A DNA stretch of 64,000 bases from an uncultured candidate division Zixibacteria bacterium. GTDB taxonomy: Bacteria > Zixibacteria > MSB-5A5 > UBA10806 > 4484-95. Under the pieces are notes generated by a model that did not search any database, was not told the DNA's origin, and saw nothing but the letters and a program-made list of their open reading frames with translations. How positions within the stretch are numbered: the first letter of the stretch is position 1; every line of letters starts with the position of its first letter. Of the stretch, positions 40,740 through 49,685 are shown piece by piece. Location: positions 416,001 to 480,000 of the forward strand of contig CAXXKA010000006.1 in assembly GCA_963668625.2 (NCBI GenBank), given 5' to 3'. A program made the position numbers and the translations under genes.

Positions 40740-41441
40740 TTAGTCAATAAACTCAAGAGTATTGATTTCCATCGAGTTACTCATAGAAGTGAAACTCCAG
40801 ACATCGCTTTCATACTCGAAGTCATCACCATACCAGGCAACTACTTTCCAGTAGTAAGTAGTGTTCCCCTCGAAGCCAAAAGATATATCATTGACCGTGT
40901 GTGAAAGCGTGCCGCTCTCATCGATTGTCCAGGTATCGATAGAAGCATCGTTATCGACATTAGCGGTTGCCGTGCATGTAAACGAGTTAGCGTCGCTGGT
41001 TATCGCGTAGGAGTAAACATCATTAGCATCGACAGTCAAATCGAGGCTCGTCGAGAAAGAATTAGGTTCACCAGCGGAGGCGATATCTCCGTTGCCGGTA
41101 TAAGTGGCGTTTTGAGTGTGGTAATCGACCTGGGCATCGTAAACATCATTAAGGAAATTCTGGGCAATATCACATCGCTGCCAGGCGGAGATTAATTCGG
41201 TTTCGGTCAGGTTGGCATATTCTAAAGATGGATTATTCGTTGTACCGAAATAAAAATCATACTTGATGGAATCGGAGGGCATACCCTGTACATTCCATTC
41301 GAAAGTAATACCACGACCTAAATCAGTAACGCCGTCAGCCGGGGAAGGATCAGTGATTGATGGTCCGACTGGAGCGGTAGAGTTCTCGGAACAACCGATA
41401 AACAACAACATGGCCAATAGTAATACGATTGTGAATTTCAT
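40740..41441 (-). CDS. Lipoprotein: FN3/Ig-like domain with inserted type IV pilin-like head domain
   Basis: Lipobox FIGC; PADG..FEW..YDFYFGT..P [insert ~aa 86-186] NTTYYWKVVA..SDVWSFT. Confidence 0.7.
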   Translation of the reverse strand: MKFTIVLLLAMLLFIGCSENSTAPVGPSITDPSPADGVTDLGRGITFEWNVQGMPSDSIKYDFYFGTTNNPSLEYANLTETELISAWQRCDIAQNFLNDVYDAQVDYHTQNATYTGNGDIASAGEPNSFSTSLDLTVDANDVYSYAITSDANSFTCTATANVDNDASIDTWTIDESGTLSHTVNDISFGFEGNTTYYWKVVAWYGDDFEYESDVWSFTSMSNSMEINTLEFID

Positions 41442-41482
41442 CCTTGTCTCCTTTTGTTGTATTTTATAATATTTCTTTAAAG

Positions 41483-41494
41483 GTTATCGTCAGT
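41483..41494 (-). promoter_or_regulatory. Conserved upstream motif ACTGACGAYAAC (copy 1)
   Basis: 42 nt upstream of ATG 41441; same motif 44 nt upstream of paralog. Confidence 0.5.
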
Positions 41495-41856
41495 CTGAGT
41501 TGCGGGTTTAATAGCGCTGTAACTTGATGAAATACAAAACATTAATAGGGTGAAACTGAAATCCGATATTTTCATTCGTAAATAAAGTTAGTTGTTTTAT
41601 TTTTCGTTTCGATGCCTCGGCGATCGTAGAATACTTTCCCAACCATAGCCTTTATGAGGGGAGAAGTAACCTGTCATTATGGCTGATAACAATTTACGGA
41701 CTATCATAAAAGATATCTCTACTGGATAGAGTTACTTTTAGACTTTTGTAGAGGCGTTATAGCGGCTGGATAAGTGTTAGAGCCGGGAAATTCTCATTCT
41801 TAGAGACAACGCATTTTATGCCTTTACTCTATCGAATCGCTGTAAAAAGTTGAAAC

Positions 41857-41884
41857 AAAAAGGCCGGGGTGGTTATCCCGGCCG
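41857..41884 (-). terminator. Rho-independent terminator
   Basis: GGCCGGG/CCCGGCC stem with U-tract on minus strand. Confidence 0.75.
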
Positions 41885-41907
41885 TGCAATTTGCATCATT
41901 GAGCGTT

Positions 41908-43161
41908 TCACTCGGTGGTAAAACTCCAAACATCACTGGTCAGCGATTGATTATTGCCGTACCTGGCCACGATTTTCCAGTAGTACGTAGTATTCGATTG
42001 ATATGCCACCGGCTCATCATCGACAGTATGGGTTATAGTACCGGTTTCATCAATTGACCAGGTGTCAACAATGGCATCAATATAATCGAGATTCGCTGTC
42101 GCTGAGCAAGTATAGACGTTTTCACTTGCGACAATCGTGTATGAGTATATATCAAGCGGGTATAATATTATGTGATATTCTGAAATCATATTCCCGGGAT
42201 TAGAGTTCGAAAAGGTTACTCCATTGCCAAAATAAGTATCATTTACTGAATGATAATATTCCTGACGATCATGAAGTTCAAGTAGTGTTTGCTGTGTTAT
42301 TTCTTGAAGTTTCCACGGTGTAGCGCAAATCGTATTATCGTAATTTCTAATCGTCCTGGAGGGATCACTGGTAGTATCGAAATAGACATCGAAGCTTACG
42401 AGACTGGTAGCCAATCCATCGAATTCCCATTGGAAAACGAAATCATCCGTTACACCTGTGGCGTTATTTGCCGGGGATACCAGTGTCAATACCTGATCGC
42501 TGGGCTGTACGCTAAAATGCCAGGTGTCGCTAACGAGTGAATCGTTATCTCCGCTTCTGGCAACTACTTTCCAATAGTAAGTGCCGCCCGGTTCGAATGG
42601 ATTGTCTATATCTTCAATAGTGTGTACCAGGTAATTGTTCTCATCTATTTTCCAGGTGTCGATAGTATCATCATTATCCAAATTAGCGGTTGCGGTGCAG
42701 GTAAAATGGTCGGCATCGTTTTGCATGCGATATGAATACACGTCAAGGGAATCCATCACTAAGTTTAAATATTGTTCCCAATAATCAGGAATGCCGGGGT
42801 GTACGATTTCACCATTATAAATGTAAGTGTCTTCCTGATCTCTATACACTTGCTCCGCGTCATGGATTTCCTGCAGGAACTCCGCTGCGATTGCCTGTCT
42901 TTGCCAGATTGTAAGTAGCTCGCTTTGATCTAAATCGGTTGATACCAATGGTGGATTTGTGTTCGTGCCAAGATAAAAATCATAACGAGTACCGGCGGGA
43001 AGATCATCGGCTTCCCAATCAAATACAAAATTTAAACTTGTTATAGTAGCGCCATCGGCCGGGGCCGGGTTTGAAAATGCCGTGTCAGTCGGCTCTGTCC
43101 CATTATCATCACATCCTATAAACAGCAGAATGCTTAGTAGTAATACGATCTTGAACTTCAT
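41908..43161 (-). CDS. Lipoprotein with two tandem FN3-plus-pilin-like modules
   Basis: Lipobox FIGC; module repeated twice (FTCTATANLDNDDTIDTWKIDE; YTCSATANLD..VDTWSIDE; TYYWK.VAR..SD.W.F). Confidence 0.7.
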   Translation of the reverse strand: MKFKIVLLLSILLFIGCDDNGTEPTDTAFSNPAPADGATITSLNFVFDWEADDLPAGTRYDFYLGTNTNPPLVSTDLDQSELLTIWQRQAIAAEFLQEIHDAEQVYRDQEDTYIYNGEIVHPGIPDYWEQYLNLVMDSLDVYSYRMQNDADHFTCTATANLDNDDTIDTWKIDENNYLVHTIEDIDNPFEPGGTYYWKVVARSGDNDSLVSDTWHFSVQPSDQVLTLVSPANNATGVTDDFVFQWEFDGLATSLVSFDVYFDTTSDPSRTIRNYDNTICATPWKLQEITQQTLLELHDRQEYYHSVNDTYFGNGVTFSNSNPGNMISEYHIILYPLDIYSYTIVASENVYTCSATANLDYIDAIVDTWSIDETGTITHTVDDEPVAYQSNTTYYWKIVARYGNNQSLTSDVWSFTTE

Positions 43162-43204
43162 TTCATCTCCCTGGTTATAATCAATGGATATCTCTATTAT
43201 TGAA

Positions 43205-43216
43205 GTTGTCGTCAGT
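43205..43216 (-). promoter_or_regulatory. Conserved upstream motif ACTGACGAYAAC (copy 2)
   Basis: gttgtcgtcagt versus gttatcgtcagt at 41483. Confidence 0.5.
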
Positions 43217-43274
43217 TAGAACGTAATATTTAATCAGTATGTAAGTTAATACATTTCATCACTTTAGTTAAAAC

Positions 43275-43301
43275 GAAACCAAAAACTAATAATTTCGTAT
43301 A
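43275..43301 (+). promoter_or_regulatory. ECF sigma (SigW-like) promoter
   Basis: GAAAC-N16-CGTATA upstream of DUF4097 gene. Confidence 0.5.
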
Positions 43302-43355
43302 TAAATCAGTCGAATGATACTTACTTTGAAAATCTAATAGATTCAGGAGGATATA

Positions 43356-44264
43356 ATGAAAATTAAAGTTAAAATGATAGCATCCGTGATTGTTGTTATG
43401 TTGCTATTGGGGGCGGTGCAGGCTCTTGCTGATGAGATAGTCAGGGAGTTTGATCCTAAAGCGAGAGTGATTATCGAAACTGTCTCCGGCGATGTCGAGA
43501 TCCGAAAGGGGGGATCGGATAAGATAAAGGTCGTTGTCGATGCGAATGTTCGCCCCCGGGATTCTTTCGAACCTATATTCAGGGATCGCGGCAGATCTCT
43601 GAGATTAGAAGAGCGTATATACGAATCTAACAGCGGCAGAATTACCTGGACTTTAACCGTACCTAACGGCACCGAAATCAAATTCAACTCCGCCTCAGGA
43701 AATATGACCATCGAGGATATCGAGGGCGAATTCTCGGGAAGTACAGCCTCGGGTGACTATAATATTTACAGCTGCAAAGGCATTTTCGATCTCAATACCG
43801 CCTCCGGTGATTACACTCTCGAAGATTGTTCCGGTGAGTTCGATATCAACTCCGCCTCGGGTGATTTCTCCATTCGGCATATCAAGATAGATGAGAGGAG
43901 TAAGATAAATACCGCTTCCGGAGATATTACGGGTCGCGATGTTTTGGTCAATGGATACTGTGATTTCGGTTCGGCCTCCGGCGATGTCAAGATAGTACTT
44001 GGCGAAAGCCCCAAGGATGATATCAAAGTAGGTTCGGCCTCCGGTGACGCCAGCCTGGATTATAACGGCAACAAGATGGTCGGGTTTTTCGAGGTGTCCG
44101 CCAAAAGACGTAACGGCCATATACGTTCCGACCTCGATTTCGATAACGAGGAAGAGTATCGTAAAAACGGCCAGTGGTATGTTCGTAAAACAGTGAAATT
44201 GAATGATAATGAGCCGCTAATAACGGTTGGAACGGCCAGTGGACGGGCGGAACTCAAGAAATAA
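43356..44264 (+). CDS. DUF4097 beta-strand repeat protein
   Basis: Signal peptide; repeated (S/T)ASGD units. Confidence 0.88.
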   Translation: MKIKVKMIASVIVVMLLLGAVQALADEIVREFDPKARVIIETVSGDVEIRKGGSDKIKVVVDANVRPRDSFEPIFRDRGRSLRLEERIYESNSGRITWTLTVPNGTEIKFNSASGNMTIEDIEGEFSGSTASGDYNIYSCKGIFDLNTASGDYTLEDCSGEFDINSASGDFSIRHIKIDERSKINTASGDITGRDVLVNGYCDFGSASGDVKIVLGESPKDDIKVGSASGDASLDYNGNKMVGFFEVSAKRRNGHIRSDLDFDNEEEYRKNGQWYVRKTVKLNDNEPLITVGTASGRAELKK

Positions 44265-44302
44265 TTAAAATACTTTTACATACTTGATTAAATTGTAACA
44301 AT

Positions 44303-44339
44303 AAAAAAACTGCCGTATAATATATCCGGCAGTTTTTTT
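44303..44339. terminator. Bidirectional terminator
   Basis: A7-CTGCCG...CGGCAG-T7. Confidence 0.8.
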
Positions 44340-44465
44340 AGTAGACAATTGTTTTTTGTCTCGCTTTTGATTTTCCCAGGCTCCATATCCCAATATTTAC
44401 AAAGGTGGCGGGTAATGTGATATTTGCCAACCTGGATATTCAGCGATCTTGTTCTGCAAACTAGT

Positions 44466-44698
44466 TTATTCCGGAAAGTCAGGATGGATGACTATATCGA
44501 TTCTCCTGTTTTTCGCTCTTCCTTCCGAGGTTTCATTATTGGCGATTGGTTTAGTTTCGCCAAAACCCTCGGATGTTATTCTCGATTCATCCATTACCAT
44601 ATTAGCTAAAAGATAAGATTTTACCGCTTCAGCTCTTTTTCCGATAATTCGAAGTTCAAATCATCGCTACCGTATGAATCCGTGTGCCCTTGAATGGT
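44466..44698 (-). pseudogene. OmpA C-terminal (peptidoglycan-binding) domain fragment, 5'-truncated and frameshifted
   Basis: Manual translation: TIQGHTDSYGSDDLNFELSEK / frameshift in A-run near 44636-44640 / RAEAVKSYL..RITSEGFGETKPIANNETSEGRAKNRRIDIVI. Confidence 0.85.
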
Positions 44699-44780
44699 TT
44701 GCTGCGAGAAAAGGATACTATATCTGATGTTTTATCAGTATAATTGGTTATTAATGATTGATTGTATTTGCCAAAACTTA

Positions 44781-45116
44781 CTATCCGGGCGGCCAGTGAA
44801 GCCATCTACCACCAAGTAAATGAAGATGTACATGATATACCGATTGCCCGCCATGTTCGCGACAGTTAATCACCGTGCGATAGCCTTTGGCGGATACACC
44901 CAACTCGACCGCCAGCTCGGCAGCTTTGGAGGTCATCTTGCCTAATAATTCAGGTGGTGTGTCCTCGATAGTTTCGTAATGCTTTTTGGGGATAACCAGA
45001 ATATGAGTTGGCGCCTGCGGGTTGATATCATGAAAAGCGAATAGCTCATCATCCTCGTATATCTTTATCGAGGTTCTTTCTCCGGCGGCTATCTGGCAAA
45101 ATAAGCAGTTAGACAT
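44781..45116 (-). CDS. HIT family nucleotide-binding protein (HinT-like)
   Basis: CLFC, DINPQAPTH.LVIPKKH, GQSVYHVHLHLLGGR..WPPG. Confidence 0.95.
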   Translation of the reverse strand: MSNCLFCQIAAGERTSIKIYEDDELFAFHDINPQAPTHILVIPKKHYETIEDTPPELLGKMTSKAAELAVELGVSAKGYRTVINCREHGGQSVYHVHLHLLGGRWLHWPPG

Positions 45117-45365
45117 TTGGAATCTATAGCATAAGTTAGAGTTTATATCAATTATTAAATTAATAGAAATGTATGTGTAAAAACCGGGTTTCACGAGTAC
45201 ACTCAGCAAAACTCATTATAGTCTCTTGAAAGACTATTTTCTGATTCAATAGTATTAAAATATCCTGAAATTGGCTATTAAAGGATTATTAGCTATAGCC
45301 GAACTTTTAAATAGTAGGATTCAAAATGTAAATCAATTTTAATGTTAGAATTTAAAGGAGAAATT

Positions 45366-46655
45366 ATGTTTAGTATCTCAAAGAAAGCAGCATTGTTAAT
45401 CATCCCATTAACCCTTTGTTTATTTTTCGCGTGTAGTGATGATGATTCGACTTCATCGGGTACCGGAGATCTTGCGGGCAAGTATGTTGGTGTAATTATT
45501 GAAAGCGGTTACGATACTCCCGGTGAAATGGACGCCACGGATTTTGGTTTTGTCGGCGAGACTTTCGCTGTTGAAGTAACAGACAATCTCATGCTTGTTG
45601 TCAATGAGAATAGCGTTTACAATGATGAGGTGAGTCTTCAGCTGACGGAGGCTACGGAAGATACTTATACCGGGGCTTTCATTGATAATGAGGTTGATTA
45701 CACGCTTACACATAATTTTACTATTACCTATAATGAGGATTTAGCGAAGTGGCAGGCTGGTGTTGAGCTTGTGCTGGATTCGGGCAGTGATGGTGATACG
45801 GATGATACAGGTTTAATCAATATCGTTTTAGAGCAGAGGCTTGACTGGAGTGAATACCCGACAGAATGGGCGGTTGCAAACTCCTATACCGATGGTAATA
45901 CCGGTTTCGTTGAACTGGAGGTTATGACCGCTGCTTTAGGAGCCGAGGGTATTATACATGGTCTGGTTTTTTATAATGACGGAGATTCGATTAGAGCGCG
46001 GCAATATATAAGCGATAGTCCCGAAGTTCTTACTATTGTCATTCAGGAAATGAACGATGACTATATCCGTTTCTCAGCAATTGATCAGGAACTACCATCA
46101 ACTACAATTACACCTGATCCTGAGGATTGGAATACAGATGCCGGTTTATCGGATGTTCATTTAATTCCGACGACTCGCATGGCCGGTTTCGTTGCGGATG
46201 AGGATACGATTACAGTTGAATCGCAAGCAGACTACGATACGGATGGCCAGGATGGCGGCAGCACATATTCATACTTCGGCGCTAATATAACCGGTGTAGA
46301 AGTTACTTATACTATCAATAATGATGGCACGATGGATACTGAGATGGGTGGCGATCCCGAAACCAGAGATTTAGGATACATGGAGTTCTCCGGGATAGGT
46401 TACCTGGTTTCCCCGCGCATTGATACATCAGGGAATGATCTGGATGTAAGCTACCTGGTTATGGAACTGGATGCATCAGGTAATGCAACCGGTGATGGTC
46501 TTATTCAGGGGTATGATATTCCCGATACTGACCTCGATGGTGAGCTTGATGATGACGAGGCTGAGAATATCGATAATGAGGGAGTTGCGGTTTTCGGTGA
46601 TGGCCTCGATCCCGATTTATTTGATTTCATAACAACAACAATACCTACATTGTAG
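45366..46655 (+). CDS. Highly acidic hypothetical lipoprotein
   Basis: Lipobox FFAC; D/E-rich; DTDLDG and DTDG motifs; followed by terminator. Confidence 0.75.
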   Translation: MFSISKKAALLIIPLTLCLFFACSDDDSTSSGTGDLAGKYVGVIIESGYDTPGEMDATDFGFVGETFAVEVTDNLMLVVNENSVYNDEVSLQLTEATEDTYTGAFIDNEVDYTLTHNFTITYNEDLAKWQAGVELVLDSGSDGDTDDTGLINIVLEQRLDWSEYPTEWAVANSYTDGNTGFVELEVMTAALGAEGIIHGLVFYNDGDSIRARQYISDSPEVLTIVIQEMNDDYIRFSAIDQELPSTTITPDPEDWNTDAGLSDVHLIPTTRMAGFVADEDTITVESQADYDTDGQDGGSTYSYFGANITGVEVTYTINNDGTMDTEMGGDPETRDLGYMEFSGIGYLVSPRIDTSGNDLDVSYLVMELDASGNATGDGLIQGYDIPDTDLDGELDDDEAENIDNEGVAVFGDGLDPDLFDFITTTIPTL

Positions 46656-46685
46656 AACCTGATTTAACAGATATACTAATTTAAG

Positions 46686-46712
46686 ATGGCAGGGGTTTTA
46701 AACTCCTGCCAT
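46686..46712 (+). terminator. Terminator hairpin
   Basis: ATGGCAGG/CCTGCCAT stem. Confidence 0.65.
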
Positions 46713-46780
46713 TACTTTATACTCTTAATCTAACAATCAGCACTGATGCACATAAGTTTGATTGCCGGTAAGACCGGGTA

Positions 46781-47053
46781 TCAGATCAAATTAAACTTGA
46801 ATAGTATTAATCCCAGAACGGCTAACGCCGCCGAGTTGATTGAGGCCAGTCACAGGTAGTACAATAGGCCAGGGTTTCCCGATTCTTCGATAGTAATCTC
46901 TTTATATTGATTTAGGTATTTAAAGATGTAAATCCGAACTAGAAAAATATTAATCTTGATATTTCTCTTATCAAGCTCTCTGAAAATCAGGATGGTTGCC
47001 AGAATATTTATCGTCACGAAAGCGCATGTCAGATAAATCAATGCCGTTAACAT
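46781..47053 (-). pseudogene. Small two-TM membrane protein interrupted by in-frame TGA at 46850-46852
   Basis: SD GGAGGT before ATG 47053; frame continues after the stop with a second hydrophobic helix (LYYL*LASINSAALAVLGLILF). Confidence 0.6.
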
Positions 47054-47091
47054 TTTATACACCTCCGTTAAGTTCCTCTATCATATAATAC

Positions 47092-47346
47092 CACTAGTGT
47101 CCGGTGTTTTTCGTTAAATTTTAAATTTCTCCTTGGAATTGTTAATGAGAAATATTTTCCGATATAATTATTTTATTCAGCGTATCATTCATCCTGACAT
47201 ATCCTGCCGATGTTAGGCTTGGTTTTCTGGTTTCCAAGCGCTGCTTGGAAACCTTCTTGAATCATGTAGAATGCGCATTCTGCCGGCAAACAAGCCACGT
47301 TGCGAAGCAGCGCTTCGCAACGAGATGAAAAGACCGGACAGTAGTG
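47092..47346. mobile_element. Complete 255-bp MITE
   Basis: TIRs CACTAGTGTCCGGT / ACCGGACAGTAGTG; 9-bp direct repeat ATATAATAC at 47083-47091 and 47347-47355; no coding capacity. Confidence 0.9.
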
Positions 47347-47438
47347 ATATAATACATTTAAATGATGAGAATATTCATAAGTAGCGACCGATAATAGAAT
47401 GCAATATACGCACTATAAGAAGTTAGATGATTAAAGAT

Positions 47439-48362
47439 TTATTCTTGTTTGGTGATAGCCTGTAAAGATTCCGCCTCAATGAATACTTTCTTAACATGGG
47501 GAAAAGACTGCTTTATGTTGTTATCAAGTCCGGCTATAATTTGCTCCAGCTCGACTACGGATATCTCATCGGCGAACTCTATACTGAGATTCACCAGGAT
47601 AAACTCCGGCCCAACATGCATGGTGAGTATCTCATTAGCTTTGATTATGCCCTCTTGTTGATTGACGATCTCGCGTATACCCTGTACTACTTCAATATTG
47701 GCGCGTTCGCCTATTAGCAACCCTTTAGTCTCATAAGCCAGCCAGATAGCGGTGCCGCCTAATATCAAACCGATAATAATCGAGGCGATAGAGTCATACG
47801 ACGTATTGCCCGTTAGCTGGGTTAACATCACGCCCAGCACAGCTACGATAATACCGAGCATCGCCGCGGAGTCTTCAAATAGCACCACGAATATCGAGGG
47901 ATCTTTGCCGCGTTTAACAGCCTCAAGATATGACCGTCTGCCTTTTACTTTAGAGAACTCCCGCAGCGCGAATAACCAGGCGGCCGCCTCGAACACGAAT
48001 GCAAGGCTAAGTACTATATAGCTGAGCATGAAAGAGTCTATTTGCTTCGGGTGCTGAAGGTGACGGATGCCCTCGTATAGCGAAACCCCCGAGCCGACCG
48101 CGAATATCAATATGGCAACCACGAAACTCCAGAAATACACCTCTTTACCGTGACCAAACGGGTGGATTTCATTGGCCGGGCGGTTGGCTCGTTTTAAGCC
48201 ATACAACAGAAGAATCTGATTGCCGGTATCGACCGTGGAGTGGATGCCCTCCGAGAGCATGGCCGAACTGCCGGTAAATATCGCCGCTATAAACTTGCTG
48301 ATCGCAATTAGAGTGTTACCAACCAGCGCTGCGTAAATAGCTTTTTTAGAGGATGATGCCAT
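47439..48362 (-). CDS. Cation diffusion facilitator transporter
   Basis: SEGIHSTVD, HPFGHGKE.YFW, FEDSAA, KVFIE. Confidence 0.93.
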   Translation of the reverse strand: MASSSKKAIYAALVGNTLIAISKFIAAIFTGSSAMLSEGIHSTVDTGNQILLLYGLKRANRPANEIHPFGHGKEVYFWSFVVAILIFAVGSGVSLYEGIRHLQHPKQIDSFMLSYIVLSLAFVFEAAAWLFALREFSKVKGRRSYLEAVKRGKDPSIFVVLFEDSAAMLGIIVAVLGVMLTQLTGNTSYDSIASIIIGLILGGTAIWLAYETKGLLIGERANIEVVQGIREIVNQQEGIIKANEILTMHVGPEFILVNLSIEFADEISVVELEQIIAGLDNNIKQSFPHVKKVFIEAESLQAITKQE

Positions 48363-48369
48363 AAAAAAG

Positions 48370-48398
48370 ACTATAGCATGAATATCGGGGAAGGTCAA
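48370..48398 (-). promoter_or_regulatory. Sigma70 promoter giving a probable leaderless CDF mRNA
   Basis: TTGACC-N17-(TGc)TATAGT, then 7 nt to ATG; no SD. Confidence 0.6.
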
Positions 48399-48544
48399 GT
48401 GTCCAGACGCAAGAAACATGATCTATCTCGATACGAAGCTCCGGAATCGTTGAAAAACCAGAAAGCGGTATTTACGAGTGAATCAATGTAATCAGTCTAT
48501 TGAAGGTGGCGCGTATGAATAGTACTGGAGCAAACGCGAATTGC

Positions 48545-48799
48545 TTATCTATAGCGTATTTTCAATCCCAGGATGATAACCGCTAACGTTATGGTGATCA
48601 GGTTGGCAACGATAATGGGAATGGCGTCAATTATAAATCCATAAATGATCCAGAGTAGCAAACCTAATATGAATGCGATATACATGACAATAGAAATATC
48701 TTTGGTCGATTTGGTGCGCCAGGCTTTGGTCAGTTGAGGTATAAATGATATCGTTGTCAAAGCCCCGGCCAGGTAGCCGAGAATCGCTGCTACATCCAT
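48545..48799 (-). CDS. SemiSWEET (PQ-loop) sugar transporter
   Basis: LTTISFIPQ..K.W.TKST.DIS, LW.IYG, PII.AN. Confidence 0.92.
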   Translation of the reverse strand: MDVAAILGYLAGALTTISFIPQLTKAWRTKSTKDISIVMYIAFILGLLLWIIYGFIIDAIPIIVANLITITLAVIILGLKIRYR

Positions 48800-48938
48800 A
48801 GATGCGATATTATAGGTGAGATGCTGTTTATGCAAGAGAAATAAATAGGCTCATGTAAGTTTAATGGTACCTGCTACTACTTCCTGTTGGATAATATCAC
48901 TGAGCCGCGCTTTAAGGCAAGTGGTTCCAGGTCGGGGA

Positions 48939-49685
48939 TTAAATCTCCCCGGCTTTTTCCATAACCAGTGCCGCGAAAAGTATAGCGGCGGTCTCCACCC
49001 GGAGCCGTCTGGGGCCGAGTTTTACCGGCTTGAAACCGTTATCTATTGCCCGGGCAACCTCAGGTGGAGTCAAACCCGATTCGGGGCCGACCAGTATAAG
49101 AACCTCCCGGGGGCCGTCATACAGAAGCTCTTTCAAGTTCTCCGGCGAAAGACGCATATCGGCGATAAGCGAAACATGATAATCGATGGACATCCGAATG
49201 ATATCCTCGTAACGAACCAGCTCGGCGATTTCCGGCGTGATCGTTCGCAACGATTGCTTGGTGGCGGCCCTGGCGATTTTTTGCCATCTGGATAGCTTAC
49301 GGTTGGATGATTTATCGAGTTTGTCATCGGCTAGTGTTCTTTCGGAGGTGAAGAAGATGAACTTGCTCACACCTAACTCGGTGCCTTTTTCTACGATGAA
49401 ATCTATCTTGGCCGGGCGCGCCAGACCTACGGCCAGGGTGAGCTTTATTAGAGGCTCGTTCTCCAGGCGGGTCGTTTTGATTATCTCGCCGGTGACAGAA
49501 CTGAGCGATATCTCCTTTATTATTGCCTGATGTTTCCGGCCCTGGCCATCCACGGCGTAGAATATATCGCCCACCTGTGCCCTCATTACTTTAGCCAGGT
49601 GACGGGACTCCGTAGAATCGAGTGTGAACCGTCGCCCCTCGATAGAATCGGGGGAGACCATGAAATTTGTTGCTTTAATTTCCAC
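48939..49685 (-). CDS. rsmE: 16S rRNA m3U1498 methyltransferase
   Basis: HLAKVMR, EKGTELGV, VGPE.GL, LGPR.LR.ETA; start uncertain. Confidence 0.95.
   Translation of the reverse strand: MEIKATNFMVSPDSIEGRRFTLDSTESRHLAKVMRAQVGDIFYAVDGQGRKHQAIIKEISLSSVTGEIIKTTRLENEPLIKLTLAVGLARPAKIDFIVEKGTELGVSKFIFFTSERTLADDKLDKSSNRKLSRWQKIARAATKQSLRTITPEIAELVRYEDIIRMSIDYHVSLIADMRLSPENLKELLYDGPREVLILVGPESGLTPPEVARAIDNGFKPVKLGPRRLRVETAAILFAALVMEKAGEI

Noticed and set aside
43343-44257. Minus-strand ORFs with repeated PEAE motifs
   Set aside because: Antisense reading of the SASGD repeats in the DUF4097 gene.
46850-46852. TGA as selenocysteine or alternative genetic code
   Set aside because: Context suggests Trp in a TM helix, I saw no SECIS-like hairpin, and TGA is a normal stop in core genes of this window.
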